This document shows, piece after piece, positions 20,803-33,600 of a stretch of DNA of 64,000 bases; the stretch's first letter is position 1; each line of letters starts with the position of its first letter. A program made the position numbers and the translations under genes. The DNA is from an uncultured Planctomycetaceae bacterium (GTDB lineage: Bacteria; Planctomycetota; Planctomycetia; Isosphaerales; Isosphaeraceae), in the NCBI GenBank assembly GCA_963833985.1, contig CAWIAD010000001.1, forward strand, positions 448,001 through 512,000. The letters are read 5' to 3'. Below the pieces are notes generated by a model. The model worked only from the letters and a program-made list of their open reading frames with translations, searched no databases and was not told where the DNA came from.

Positions 20803-21437
20803 ATGCGCATCCCTGTCCTGATGTTCGATTTCGGGAACGTGGTCGGTTTCTTCGACTACACGGCCATGTTCCACCGTTTCGGCACACGCCTGGGGCTGTC
20901 GGCCGGCGAGTTCGAGACGATGATGTTCGACCGCGGCGCGGCGGAACTGGGGCGGGAGTTCGAGAGCGGCAAGCTGAGCGCCGAGGAGTTTGCCAGGCAG
21001 ATCATCACGCTGGCGGGCCTGGACATGACGTTCGAGGAGTTCGAGACTCACTGGCCGGACATCTTCACGCTCAACGAACCAGTGGCGCGGCTGGTCGCCG
21101 GGCTCAAGCAGCGCGGCTACACGCTGGTGCTCGGCTCGAACACCAACGTGCTGCACGCCAGGTTCTACCGCCACCGCTTCGAGGAGGCGCTGGCGCCCTT
21201 CGATCGCTTCGTCTTCTCGTACGAGATCGGCGAGATGAAGCCCTCGCTGTCTTTCTACCGTGCGTGCGTCTCGAGCGTGGGGGTGCCGCCCGGCTCGTGC
21301 CTCTTCATCGACGACGCCCTGGCCAACGTGGAGGGGCGCGGGCCGCGGGCCTCCAGGCCGTCCACTACCGCGACACGCCCGGCCTGATCGCGGATTTACG
21401 CGGGCTCGGGGTCGAGGTCCCGGACGTCGAGTGCTGA
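20803..21437 (+). CDS. HAD-superfamily phosphatase (YihX-like), frameshift near 21335
   Basis: MFDFGNVV, GSNTN, EMKP, LFIDDALANVEG. RBS-like GGAGA upstream of ATG 20803. The tail AAGLQAVHY...EC* is in another frame. Confidence 0.8.
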
Positions 21438-22661
21438 ACGGGCGCCCTGCTCGGCCAGCTCCAGAAAACGGATCGGACCGCCCGGCTGGGCCGGCTCCAG
21501 GCAGGCGGCCAGATGCGCGGCCCAGACGAGGAAGCCCTCCTCGGGGTCGAAGTAAAGCCGGTGCAAGGCTCGTTCGATACGCGATCCCCTGCGCATCGCG
21601 AAGACCTCGCCAGGTAGCTGGAACAATGTGTGAATCTGGAAGCTGGTGCAGCCGCGCAGCGCGTACTCAAGGGCGATCCGGCCCGAGCTGATATCACCCG
21701 TGGCACTGATTTCCAGCGGCCTTCGGCCGATCTGGCCGGAGTCCTGGGCCTGCCGGAGCCGGGTGAGGAGACGCAGGTTGCGGTCGCTCAGGTCGGGCCC
21801 GCCGTAGGCGACCCCGGTGGCACCCTCGAAGACGCGGAGGGAATCGAAGAGCCGGTTCGCGTAGATCAGGTAATCCGGCCCGCCGTGTCCGAACGCCTCG
21901 GCCAGCATGGCAAGCTGGAAGTCGTCCTCGTCGAGGCTGTTGAACAGCTTCAGGCCGATTGTCACGGCTTGCGGCGCGGAATTCCGGATCAGCTCCGGCA
22001 CCGTCCGCAGCCAGCCCAGGACCGTGGGCCGGGCGGCGGCCAGGTCTGAACCGGCCAGCGTCGGGGAGAAGTCCTTCTCCAGGGGCATGGGTAGACTGCC
22101 CCCGCCCTGCCGCCACGCGTCCAGCAGCGCCGCGGTGGTCGCGGCGTACTCGGCGCGTCTCCAGTCTGTCTCACCGGGCCCGGGAAGGTGATACTTGACC
22201 GAGGGGATGACCGGCATCCCGGCGGATCGCCCGAGTGCGGCTCCTTCCCGGACCAGCGAGAGGTAGTCCTCGAACGATTGCCACCAGCCCCGGCCTTTCC
22301 AGGTGACGGTCCAGCCCCGCGCACCGGTGGCCGGGCTGGTGATCGGCTCGGCGACCATCCGTGATTCCTTGACGGCCCACGCTCCCATCGACTGCCGGCC
22401 GCGGGCGTCCTGGGCGATCACGGTCTTGAGGATCGCGAACCCCAGCCCGGCGTCGGCTGCTTCCTCGAGCTGGCCGAGATTGAGCGTGAGCTGGCCGGAC
22501 GCCTTTCCCCAGGGGTTGCGCAGGGGCAAACCCGCATAGCTGGCGGTCATGTCCAGGCGGTAGTGCTCCAGCAGGTAGGCGTCCAGGTTGGCGGGCAGGC
22601 CGCCGGCGGCAAACCGGTCGTGGTCCGCGCGGATCTTTCTCAGGGAGCTCCGCGTGCACAC
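21396..22661 (-). CDS. Dihydroorotate/dihydropyrimidine dehydrogenase-like FMN protein
   Basis: YAGLPLRNPWGKASG, FAILKTV, GLKL, YGGPDLSDRNL, ISATGDISSG, TSFQIHT (FMN TIM-barrel pattern). Confidence 0.65.
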   Translation of the reverse strand: MCTRSSLRKIRADHDRFAAGGLPANLDAYLLEHYRLDMTASYAGLPLRNPWGKASGQLTLNLGQLEEAADAGLGFAILKTVIAQDARGRQSMGAWAVKESRMVAEPITSPATGARGWTVTWKGRGWWQSFEDYLSLVREGAALGRSAGMPVIPSVKYHLPGPGETDWRRAEYAATTAALLDAWRQGGGSLPMPLEKDFSPTLAGSDLAAARPTVLGWLRTVPELIRNSAPQAVTIGLKLFNSLDEDDFQLAMLAEAFGHGGPDYLIYANRLFDSLRVFEGATGVAYGGPDLSDRNLRLLTRLRQAQDSGQIGRRPLEISATGDISSGRIALEYALRGCTSFQIHTLFQLPGEVFAMRRGSRIERALHRLYFDPEEGFLVWAAHLAACLEPAQPGGPIRFLELAEQGARSALDVRDLDPEPA

Positions 22662-22697
22662 GCGGACGGACAGGCAAGAGGTGCGGCCGCGCCGCCG

Positions 22698-23690
22698 TCA
22701 TGGTGCCAGCTCCACAAGGTCCGGTACCTCTTCGTGGATCGCCCGCAGGCACGCCCCGAGCGAGTCGAAATCGGCAGGGTCGAGCGCGGGTCCAAAGGGG
22801 TCGTGAGCCGCTGCCGCCGGCAGGACTCCCTGGTGCACCAGGCACCAGAGCATGCGCTGGATGTACCCTTCCATCGGCGCGCGGAAGGTTGCCTGACCCA
22901 GCATGTCCACCAGGCGGCTGTACCTCAGAAAGTCTTCGGCCCGATTGCGAAAGTGGCTGTCCAGCAGGACCGCCTGGAGCTTGGTGCACGCAGCACCCAT
23001 GCCCACCAGCGCGGCCCGTGCGCCCGACATCAGGCTGTAGCCGAGGAACCGGTCCTCGCCGGTGATGAGCAGTTTGCCGGGAGCGGCCATTTCCAGCAGC
23101 CGCGCCAGATCCTGAAATGTGATGATGCGTTCAAGCGTGGCGACCTTGATGCCCAGGACGTCCGGCCGGGAGAGCAGCGTGCGGAGCACCTGCCGGCTGT
23201 AAGCGATGCCGCCGGCCTCGGGGTAAAGGTAGAAGAGGACGAGCGGCAGGCCGACCTCGGCGATCGCGGCGTGGTATGCGACCACCAGTTCATCCCGCTC
23301 GGCGCGGTCGCGGAAGGCCGTGGGCGGATGAACCAGGAGCGCATCGGCACCCAGGTCACAGGCTTGACGCGCCATGGTCCGGGCGGCGAGGATCACCTGG
23401 CCGAAATCGACCAGCTCAGGAGTTGCCCCGGCGGCCGCGATCAGCCGGCGAGGCGCTGGCACCGCCTTGCGCCAGCACTGGAGCACCAGGCGGCGGCCGT
23501 CGGCAGCGAGGCGCAGGCCCCGGCCGGTATGTGCCCAGACGGCGACCCCGCCGATCGGCTGTGCGGCCATCCAGGCGGCATAGCGCTCCTGGGCCGGTAC
23601 ATCGATCCTCCCGGCGGAGTCGAACGTCACGGGGACCGCCGGGATCAGTAGGGTATCCAGCGAGTCATGAAGATGATCAGATTCCAGCAT
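22698..23690 (-). CDS. Dihydrodipicolinate synthase / class I aldolase family protein
   Basis: IPAVPVTFD..GRID, WAHTGRG (in place of GTTGE), LVLFY, VLGIKVA (Schiff-base Lys), ITGED. Confidence 0.8.
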   Translation of the reverse strand: MLESDHLHDSLDTLLIPAVPVTFDSAGRIDVPAQERYAAWMAAQPIGGVAVWAHTGRGLRLAADGRRLVLQCWRKAVPAPRRLIAAAGATPELVDFGQVILAARTMARQACDLGADALLVHPPTAFRDRAERDELVVAYHAAIAEVGLPLVLFYLYPEAGGIAYSRQVLRTLLSRPDVLGIKVATLERIITFQDLARLLEMAAPGKLLITGEDRFLGYSLMSGARAALVGMGAACTKLQAVLLDSHFRNRAEDFLRYSRLVDMLGQATFRAPMEGYIQRMLWCLVHQGVLPAAAAHDPFGPALDPADFDSLGACLRAIHEEVPDLVELAP

Positions 23691-23802
23691 GCATGGGGTC
23701 TCGAGGAGTGGTGCGTCACGCCGGCTGCCAGCGCGGGCTTTCGTGGGCAGCCAGCGCTGCGGGGCGTGATGCAACCGCGGGGCGCGTGTCGCCCTACTGT
23801 AT

Positions 23803-23949
23803 TAGGGCGGTTTTCTCACGAGTTGCAAGCAGTTTCTGAGATCTTGGGAAGGGGGGCAGACATTCCTGTCTGCCAGGGCAGGCCTGCTCCGGCAGGCAGG
23901 AATGCCTGCCCCCCGGTCTCAGTCTGCGATCCGAGTGAAAACCGCTCCA
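23803..23949. mobile_element. MITE/REPIN-like element containing a GGCAGACATTCCTGTCTGCC REP doublet
   Basis: Ends TAGGGCGGTTTTC...GAAAACCGCTCCA. About 118 bp recurs inverted at 53176-53293. Confidence 0.65.
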
Positions 23950-24622
23950 GCTCACGCCCGGGTAGGACGGGCAAGCCCCAGCCCCAGGCCGCGAAAAGAC
24001 AGAGAAGCATGACCAGAGGTTTGACTTCTTCGATCCAGAGGACAGACTCATACGGACAGGTTTCCCGCATCTTGCGGGCCCCGGAATTCGTCTGTCACCC
24101 ACCTCGCACGGCATCCCCCTCGAATTCTCCAAAAAGGACCTTGACGAACGGAATCCCACAGGTAATCATTGTCTGTGTGCATGGAGTGATTCAACCACAC
24201 AAGCCAGCATTCTGAACTCTGGAGGGGCCGCTTCCGGGCTGCCGGATCCAGGGTGGCACGTACGGGGCAGGGTCGCCGGGCGTGATCTCGGCCGGCCGAC
24301 GCGCCTGTGAGAGGCGCCGGAGCCGGAATGGTAGCGGGCTCGCGCGAACCGAGATGTGAAGAGATGACGGGGCATCGCTGAAAGTGTTCAGCCAGGACGA
24401 ACGAGACGGAGTGCGATCTGGCCTTGGAGTGAGGCCTCTTTGGAGATGCAGGTAAGGTCGATCGCCGGCTAGGGAGGGGCGGATTCGCCCCGACGGTGGT
24501 CCCCGCAGCATATTCTGGTGAGTCACCTTGATCGAGGTGGTTTCAGACGGGCGATCCGTGTCGCGCCATTGCGCGGTACGATCGCACCGTGCGAAACCCC
24601 TAGCGAACCGGGGAGTCTGTCG

Positions 24623-27600
24623 ATGGGAAGCTTCAAGGCAAACGGTGGGGAACAGGGGCCAAGAGGGCGTCGGGCTACCAAGCTTGCCAGACGGCGGAAT
24701 CCGCTGAAGCTGGAGTGCCTCGAAGAGCGCCTGTTGCTGACTGGCGCACCGCGGTGGCACCCGACCTCGACGAACATCGCGGACGTCCAGAACGGCCCGA
24801 TGGCCAACATGGGCGGCCAGCTCATCAATCTCTACGAGTCGTTCCAGGGTGGGACCACCAATCCCGCCAATCTGGCCAAGCAGTTCCCGCTCGACCAGTT
24901 CCAGGGCGACTCGGTGCTCATCGGCATCAACGCCTACACCGATTTCTCCGGGTTCAAGACGTCGCTCCAGAACCTGGGCATGCAGATCGTCGACACCAAC
25001 CCGACCACCGGCCTGATTGACGGTTACCTGCCCATCAACCAGTTGCCCACCGCCGCCGAGCTTCCGCAGACGATGAGCGGCCAGCCGGACCTGAAGCCGC
25101 AGAGCGCCGGTGCGGCCATCAACGAGGCCGCCTACTCCACCGCCGCCAACGTCGCGACCCAGCAGACCGGACTCACGGGCGCGGGTGTGAACGTCGGCGT
25201 GATCAGCAACAGCTTCAACAACCTGGGCGGTTACGCCACCGACGTCTCCACGGGCGACCTGCCCCCCAACGTGAACATCCTGGCGGAAGGGACCGGCGGT
25301 GATGACGAGGGCCGCGCGATGGCCCAGAACATCTACCACATCGCGCCCGGCGCCGGCCTCGCGTTCGCCACCGCGGGCGCAACGGACCAGCAGTTCGGCC
25401 AGAACATCCTGGCGCTGGCCAACACGGCCAAGTCGAACATCATCGTCGACGACATCCGCACCAGTAGCGACCCCTTCTTCCAGCCAGGCTACATCACCCA
25501 GGCGATCAACACCGTCACCGCGCAGGGCATCCCGTACTTCTCCTCCGCCAGCAACGAGTCCAACCACGGCTACCTGTCGAACTTTCGCGCGGCCACCGGC
25601 ACCGTCACCGGCGTGGGCACCGGCACGTTCATGAATTTCAACCCGAGCGGCACCTCGCTGCTCTTGCCCGTCACGGTGAACGTGGCGAACACCCTGATCG
25701 ACTTCCAGTTCGATCAGCCCTGGGCGACGCAGGAGCCGACCGGCTCGCCGGGACCGACGTCGCAGCTCAACTTCTACGTGCTCGACAGCGCGGGCAACAT
25801 CATCGCCTCCGGAACCAACAACAACGTGGCCACCCAGGAGCCCCAGCAGCTCGTCAACGTGACGTCCACGGGCAGCTATTTCGTGGCCATCCAGCTGGTT
25901 TCCGGGCCCAACCCCGGACACGTCGAGTTCCTCCAGTTCACACAGCAATCCACCAACGACCTGATCGTCTCGCAGCAGTACGGTTCCACCGGAGGAACGT
26001 ATTATCCGACCTCCTACGGCCACAACTCGGCCGCGTCGACGATCGGCGTGGGCGCGGTGCCGTGGTGGTCGCCCCCTCCGTTCCTGGGCCAGAACCCGCT
26101 GGCCAGCGAGCCATACAGCTCGGCTGGGCCGCAGATCCAGGTCTTTGACGCCAACGGCACGGCCCTGAGCTCGCCGCTCACGGTCCAGAATCCGTCGGTG
26201 ACCGCGCCCGATGGCGGCAACACCACCTTCTTCGGCACCGTCGCCGCCACGAACAATCCGCCCATCCCGGGCCAGCCCGCCACCACCACCAACCTGTACG
26301 CCAGCTTCACCCCCGACCAGTCGAACCTGCCGAGCTTCTTCGGCACGTCGTCCGCCGCACCGAACACGGCCGCGATCGCCGCGCTCGATGATGCAGCGCG
26401 TGCCGACAGCCACCCCGGCCCAGATCAAGGCCGCCCTGATCGCGTCGGCCTCCACCTCGCCCATGAACGGCGCCACGCCGGGCACCTGGGACCAGACCGG
26501 CGGCTACGGTTTGATCAACGCCGTGAAGGCCATCAATGCCATCGACGTGCTGCGCGTGCTTTCGACAGACCCGGCCAACGGCTCGACCGTGACGGTCACC
26601 CCCAGCGCGATCACGGTCACCTTCAGCAAGCCGGTGAACTTCTCCACGGTCTCCAGCGCCGATATCCAGTTCACCGCGGAGCCCGCGGGCGTGACGGTGA
26701 ACCTGGGTACGCCGGTGGCCGTGGACAACCCCACCTTCCCGACGATCATCTCCTTCCCGTTCAGCTTCAGCTACACGAACCCGCCGACCGTCACGGCCAA
26801 TGGCACTTACTCGTTCATCGTCACCAACGCCAACCCCGCCGCGCCGGTGACTTCCGAGGACGGCAAGGCGCTGGTGCCCTCCGGCACCATCACCTTCACG
26901 CTCAACGATACAACCGCGCCGGAAGTGGCCAGCACGTCGGTCCTCTCACGCATCGTCACGATCCAGTTCACCAAGGCGATGAACCCCGCCACCATCACCC
27001 TGGCCAACCTCTTCGTCGAGCGGCAGGGCGGCACGGGCAACTGGAACTCGCCGATCGACCTGAACAATGACCCGCGCGTCAAGATCAGCTACAACCCGCT
27101 CACCGACACGGCCACGCTCGACTACAGCGGCCTGCCCCAGAGCGAGATGCCGACCGACGACTACCGCATCGTCGTCAGGAGCGGCGCGTCGGGCGTGACC
27201 GACCTGGTGGGCAACGAGCTCGACGGCGAGTTCAGCGGCTCGTTCCCCTCGGGCAACGGCACCGCGGGGGGCGACTTCATCGAGGACCTGGGCTTGCAGG
27301 TGCTCCAGGCGCCCACAATCACCCTGTTCCAGATGACCGCCGCGACTGATTCGGGCATTGCCGGCGACCAGAACACCAACAACTCCCAGCCCCAGTTCAT
27401 CGGCCAGGTGTACAGCACCTTCCCGGGAACCGTGTCCAACGTGCAGGTCTACGTCGAGTTCAACGGGCTGCACCCCTCGCTGGGCGGCGGGTTCGACCTG
27501 GGCGTTGGCGGTGGCGGACGCGGTTACGTGGGCAATTACGACGTCCTCACGTCCACGAACACCGCGGGCACGTTCACGATCTCGCCGCCCCCGCTTCCGG

Positions 27601-30600
27601 AGGGCTTCCAGTACGCGCAGATCGTGGTTGTCGGCCAACCCGACGCGCCCCCCTTGCCGGGTCTCTCGTCCTCTCAGGAGCACGCTTTCCGCATCGACAA
27701 GACCGCGCCGGTGGTTCAGTCGGTCAGCCAGATCAACGGGACCGCGCCGCCCTCGCCGGCGAACCTCTCCACGCTCCAGTCGCTCCAGTTCACCGTGCAG
27801 GACCCGGTGAGCCAGGCCTACAGCTACATGGCGACCCCGTCGCAGGTGCTTTTCCCGGCCATCTGGCCCACGACGGCGTCCAATATCAGCAATTATTCGC
27901 TCATCCTGACGGGTCCGAACGGCGCCCAGACCGACGAGTCGCAGTACATCACCACGGCGACGTTCACGGCCACGGCGCCCACGTTCTCGGGCAGCAACAT
28001 CGCCGACTACAACGGCGTGATCAACCTCACCTTCTCCACCGGCATTCCCGCCGGCGCCTACCAGTTGATCGCGCACACCAAGGAGCAGCAATTCCCCGGC
28101 CTGCTCGATGCGGCCGGCAACCCGCTCACCCAGAGCTTCACGTACAACTTCAGTCTTCAGAACCAGCCGGCCTTCATCACCAACATCGCGATGGAGAGCA
28201 CTTACACCAGTAATGGCTCCACGGCGCTCGGCGGCCCGCGGTCGTACTACGAGCTGCCGAGTACGCTGCCGGGATACACGGCCCGCGCCCAGGCGCCGCC
28301 AACGGCCTGGGTGATGGATCTTTCCAACCCGCTTCCCTACGCCGACCCCAACGGCACCAGCTACTCCAGCGACGTCCAGCTCATCCGCTCCGCCGACAAC
28401 GCCTCCGCGCCGGCCGACGGCAACTTCGGCAACCTGGGCCAGGGCGGCATGGGCAGTTCCGGCTCCGGCTTCACGATCGTGCCGGGCACCTCGGTGACGC
28501 TCTACACCTACAATGCCACATCCGGCCTGTGGGCCTCGACGCCCGCGGGCGGCAGCGGTACGCGTCTGGTGCTCACGCTGGCCCCGAACACCACGCTGCC
28601 GGCAGACTACTACCGGCTGTACGTGCCCAACCAGGTGGATACCACCGGCACGGATTCCCGCATCTACGACATCTACGGCAACCAGCTTGACGGTGAGTTC
28701 CTGGGCAACGCCACCTCGACGCTGGCCACATCCGAATTCCCCGGCCAGCCGCCGGTGAGCAGCCAGTTCTCGGGCATCTTCACGTACGAGGACCAGCTTT
28801 CCTCGGGCGTTTACCGCCAGGGCATGTCGGGCGATGGCGTGGTCGGCGGCGCGTTCGAGACCGCATTCGTGGTTGTGCCTCCGGCGACCACGATGACCAC
28901 ATCCACCGGCGCCACCGAGACCATCAGCAACATTGTGTACGCCCGTCCCGACTATGTCGAGGATCCGCTGCTCGCGTCCACGGCGCCCGACGGCAGCCTG
29001 GCGAAGCCGTACTCCACCCTGGCTCCGGAGGGAGATCCCTCAACCGCGCCGGCGAATCCGAACCACGACCCCAACGGCGGACTGAACTCGAGCCAGTTCT
29101 TCCTCTCCGGCTTCAACCCGCAATACGACCGCAACGGCAACGGCGTGTTCGACCGCTCGGCCCTGTACGCGGCTTCCCAGCTCGCTTTTCGCGGCCCGGT
29201 GGTGGTCATCGCCCTGCCGGGCACGCCGCAGTACAACCCGATCACCGGCCAGGTCACCCAGAAGACGTTCACCCTCCAGGCGCCGGCCGGATCGAGCGCC
29301 ACGATCAACAACGCCAGCGCCTCGGTCCCGTTCGACACGACGCTCGTGTTCGCCCCGGGCTCGACCCTGAAGTCGCAGAACGCGTCGCTCTTCGTCCAGA
29401 ACCAGGGGAGTGCCCTGGAGGTGCTGGGCGGCTCGCTACCGGGCCAGCAGGTGAACTTCACCAGCTACAACGACGCCAGCATCGGCGGCGCCTCCAACGG
29501 CAATCCGGACACCACCCCCCGCAAGGGAGACTGGGGCGGCATCGTCCTGCGCAGCTACGACGAGGCGATCGCGGCCAACCAGGTGTCGTTCCCGGTCGAC
29601 GGCGTGACCCAGGGCATCAACGGGCCGGCCGTCTCCGGAGCTGATGACGGCATGTCCATCATCAACGGCGCGAGCATCCAGTATGCCGGCGGGCCCGTTC
29701 CCCAGAGCAGCAGCAACTTCTACAGCGGCATCACGCTCTACAATGCTCGTCCGGCGATCACCAACGATACCATCACCAGCACCGGGCTGACCGGCGGCCT
29801 CGAAGCCGCCATTGCCGCCGATATGGACTCGTTCCGCCAGGACGACCTCGCCTGGGGTCCGCTCATCCGCCGCGTCACGGTGTCCAACAACAGCCTCAAC
29901 GGCATCTGGCTGATCGCCAATACCTACGACGGCTTCATCCAGCCGTCGAACGCGGTGCCTTACCCGAGCAATCCCACGAGCCTGGGTGGCACGCAGAACT
30001 ACGTCTTCTTCGAGTCCCTGCCGTTCATCGTCACCAACCAGCTCGTGGTCGGCCAGTTTGCGCTGGTGAATACGGGCGGCAGCACAGCCTACCGTGACGA
30101 TCGGCTGTACATCCAGCCGGGCGTGATGATGAAGTTCGACAAGGGGGCCGGCCTCGACCTCCTGAACCCGGGCGCCAGCCTGAACGTGGGCTCGCGGTCC
30201 TATATCAGCGGCTATGACCAGAACCACTCCTACGGACCGGGCAGCACCGGTTTCACGGCCGAGGTGGCCAGCGATCCGAACGTGCTGTTCACTACGCTCT
30301 TCGACGACAACGCCACAACGACCCTGGTGCCCAATCCGATCAACGCGACCGGCGAGACCACGCCGACCACGCTGGGACCGGCATTGTGGGGCAGCATTGG
30401 CATCCAGAGCGGTGCGGTCGCGGTGATCAACGCGGCCACCTTCCAGTATGGCGGTGGAGGCATGAACACGCCCACCCAGACGCTCCCCTCGCAGTCGGTC
30501 CTGGCGTTCACCACCGCGCCGTTCCTGTTCCCGCTGCCTCCCACCGCCTCGTCCGACCTGGGCACCCACGTCTACGTCACCAACAATAACTTCTATAACA

Positions 30601-33600
30601 ACTTCGACGCGGCGATGCAGATCGAGCCCAATGGCCTGCTGGCCGGCGATCCACTGCATCCGCTCGTCTCCGGCCATCCGTTCATTCACGGCAACGTGCT
30701 TCAGAACAACGGCATCGACGGAATGGCCGTGGTGACCTCGCGCTCTTACCTGTTCGACCCGACGCAAAGCTGGAAGTACATCGGGCCGGAGGAAGCCAAT
30801 CTGAGCGCGTTCTCCGCCAACCAGACCGTGAACGCCGTCTGGGACCTGACGGACATCACCTATGTCTTGCGGGGAACCGTGGTCCTGGCGGGCTCTTACT
30901 GGTTTGGCGTAAGAACGCCGGCACCGGTGCCGAGCGCCACCTATACCTCGCCGCCCAGCCCATCGGTCTCGCTGACCATCCAGGCCGCTCTCCCGGGGAC
31001 GGTCCTGGCCGACGGCAGCGTGATTCCGAACCCGGGCAACACCGTGATCGTCAAGTTGCTGAGCGAGAACACGACGAATGGCTCGGGCGCGCTGGGGACC
31101 TACGGCTCGACCGGGACCGGCGCCTCGCAGCAGGGCGGGGCCGGGATCATCGCGGGCGTTGACGACAGCACCGACCCGACCGCCAGCCCGCTGGTCGATC
31201 CGGGTGCGTACTCTCAGCTCCGTATTCTGGGCATTCCCGGCAATCAAACCACCGGCCAGCAGCGTGTGCCGGTGATCATGACCTCGCTCCGCGACGACAC
31301 CGTCGGCTTCACGGTTCGAGGAGTGAGCAACTACAACATCTTCAACAGCTATCCGGTCGGACCGTACACGAAGTTCGCCGGACAGAGCCTGACCACGCCA
31401 GCGCCGGGAGACGGCGGCTACATCTACATCGGCGGCAACTCGCTGACCACCTACGACCTCACGGACCCACGCCAGGGGAGCCTGATCGACAACGCCAACC
31501 TCTCGTACATGACCCGGATCGAGATCCAGGGCGGAGGGATCGTGGATCAGCCGGCCACCGGCGGAGGCGGCTGGCTGCAAACGAAGTCGGGTTACGGCTC
31601 ACCGCTGGAGCAGCTGAACGCGGCCATGGCCGTGCGCATCTCCGACTCGAACATCAATTCCTTCTCCGATGCCGGCGTCTTCGTGCATCCCATGAGCGCC
31701 AACGCGCTCGTTCGCACGGTCGCCGCCGATGGATCGGTGTCACCGCCTGCCCGCGGCACGCTCAAGGGCGAACCCGTGACGCTGTACATGTACAACGACA
31801 CGATCGCCAACACCCCGCAAGGCGTGCACGTCAACTCCGAGACCGGGGCCGACACCACCGGACAGAGCCCGATGCAGCTCATCCTGCTGAACAACACCTT
31901 CTACAACGACGCCAACGCCGTCCAGACCATCTCTCCGCAGTACTCCGGCACTAACCTGCTGGCTCACACCTCCAGCCTGATCATGGACAACATCTTCGAC
32001 AACTCCACGGTTGCGGCCATCGACATCGAAGGGCAGGCGGGGCTGAGCACGGTCGCCTACAACCTGTTCAACGGCAACACGACGAACCTCATCGCCACCA
32101 CCACCTCGGGCGACTTCCCGGGCAACCAGTTCCCCGTCTACGGCGACCCGGCCTTCGTGGACGCCGCGACGGGCAACTTCGCGCTGCAACCGACCTCGGC
32201 GGCCATCGACGCGGCCCGCAGCGAGATCGGTCCCATCCCCGGTGCGGACGCGATCTATCCCACGATCAACCAGCTCTTGACCGACCAGTACGGCACCCGC
32301 ACCGACCCGTCCACGGTCCTCTATCCCGAATCGCCCGGCGCTTCCAACACGTTCGGAGGCTTCGGCAACATCACCGATCCGCGGCAGATCCTCACCCTGC
32401 CGGGATCAACCGCCTTCACGTTCCAGGATGAATGGGTCCCGGCCCTGGTTGGATCTGCGAATTCCTTTGGCGGACCCTCCACCGGCGCTTCGATTCCCGG
32501 AACCTACAACTACATGCCGATCAACGGCCAGCGCGACTCGCTGGGACTGATCCGCATCGACGATCCCAGCGTGACCAACGTCGGCTACGGCAGGTATCCG
32601 TTCTTCGACATCGGCGCTTACGAGTACGTGAACCTGCACCCGCCCGAGATCACGGGGGTGACCGCGACGCTCTCCACGTCCTCGAACCCGGTGAACTTCT
32701 ACGCGGTGGGAGGCAAGTCGGGCGCCAACACCACCCCCCTCACGATCAACGTCACGTTCAACAGCCCGATCGACCCGAGCACGCTGAACGCGAGCACCGT
32801 CGAGCTCGAGGCGCTGGGCGTCACCGGCAACAATGCCCCCGGCACGCTCATCAGCCTGGCCGGCAAGCTCACTTACAACACAGCGACCGAGACGTTGACC
32901 ATCAACCTGGGCGCCAGCGGTTTGACCCTGAAGACCGACGCCTACCGGCTGATCCTGGTTGGCAGCGGATCGCAGGTGATCGCCAACCTGCAAGGCATTG
33001 CCCTCGATGGCGAGAACCTGAGCAACAACGACGATCCCAACAGCGGAGTGCAGCAGCCGCTTCCGTCCGGCAATGGCTACCCCGGCGGCAACTTCTATGA
33101 CAACTTCATCATCAACACCACGCCGCCGATCGTCACCTCCAACACGTTCCACCTGGCGGCTTCCAGCGATACGAACATCGTGGGCGACTACGTGACCCAG
33201 TCGACACTGCCCAGCTTCGTCGGCACGATCACCGAGCCGAACCTGGCGCTGGTGCCCCTCGCGGGCCAGACCGCAATCCTCGATATCGGCGTGGCCGTCA
33301 CCGGCTCGTCGGGAACCACCGTTTACTATGCGGACTCGACGAACATTCCCAGCGTCCTGCTGCCGTACCTGCGTAACGACGCCGGCACCGGGGTCACCGA
33401 TACGACGGGCAACTTCAGCGTCACCGTCGGCCTCGACGCGGCCGGCACGGGGCTGGTGACCAATACCAACCCGCTGCTGAACTCGCCGTACAACGTCGGA
33501 TCGAGCGGCCAGCTCGTTCCCTTGCCCGGCACCGTCAGCGGCTATTACGTGGCCCGCGTCCACGTGGTCGACCAGAGCGGCAACACCTCCCAGGCGGCCA

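Noticed and set aside
19732..21387. Apparent DUF1559-HAD phosphatase fusion (551 aa ORF)
   Set aside because: The HAD part has its own RBS and ATG at 20803, and a one-base indel near 20740 would stop the DUF1559 gene at TGA ~20754. Given the indel rate it is probably an artefact.
24191..26485. Long antisense ORFs (e.g. 24191..26485, 29436..31580, 53836..56448, 13376..15022, 35870..37537)
   Set aside because: They are shadow frames opposite well-supported genes in high-GC DNA and carry no recognisable motifs.
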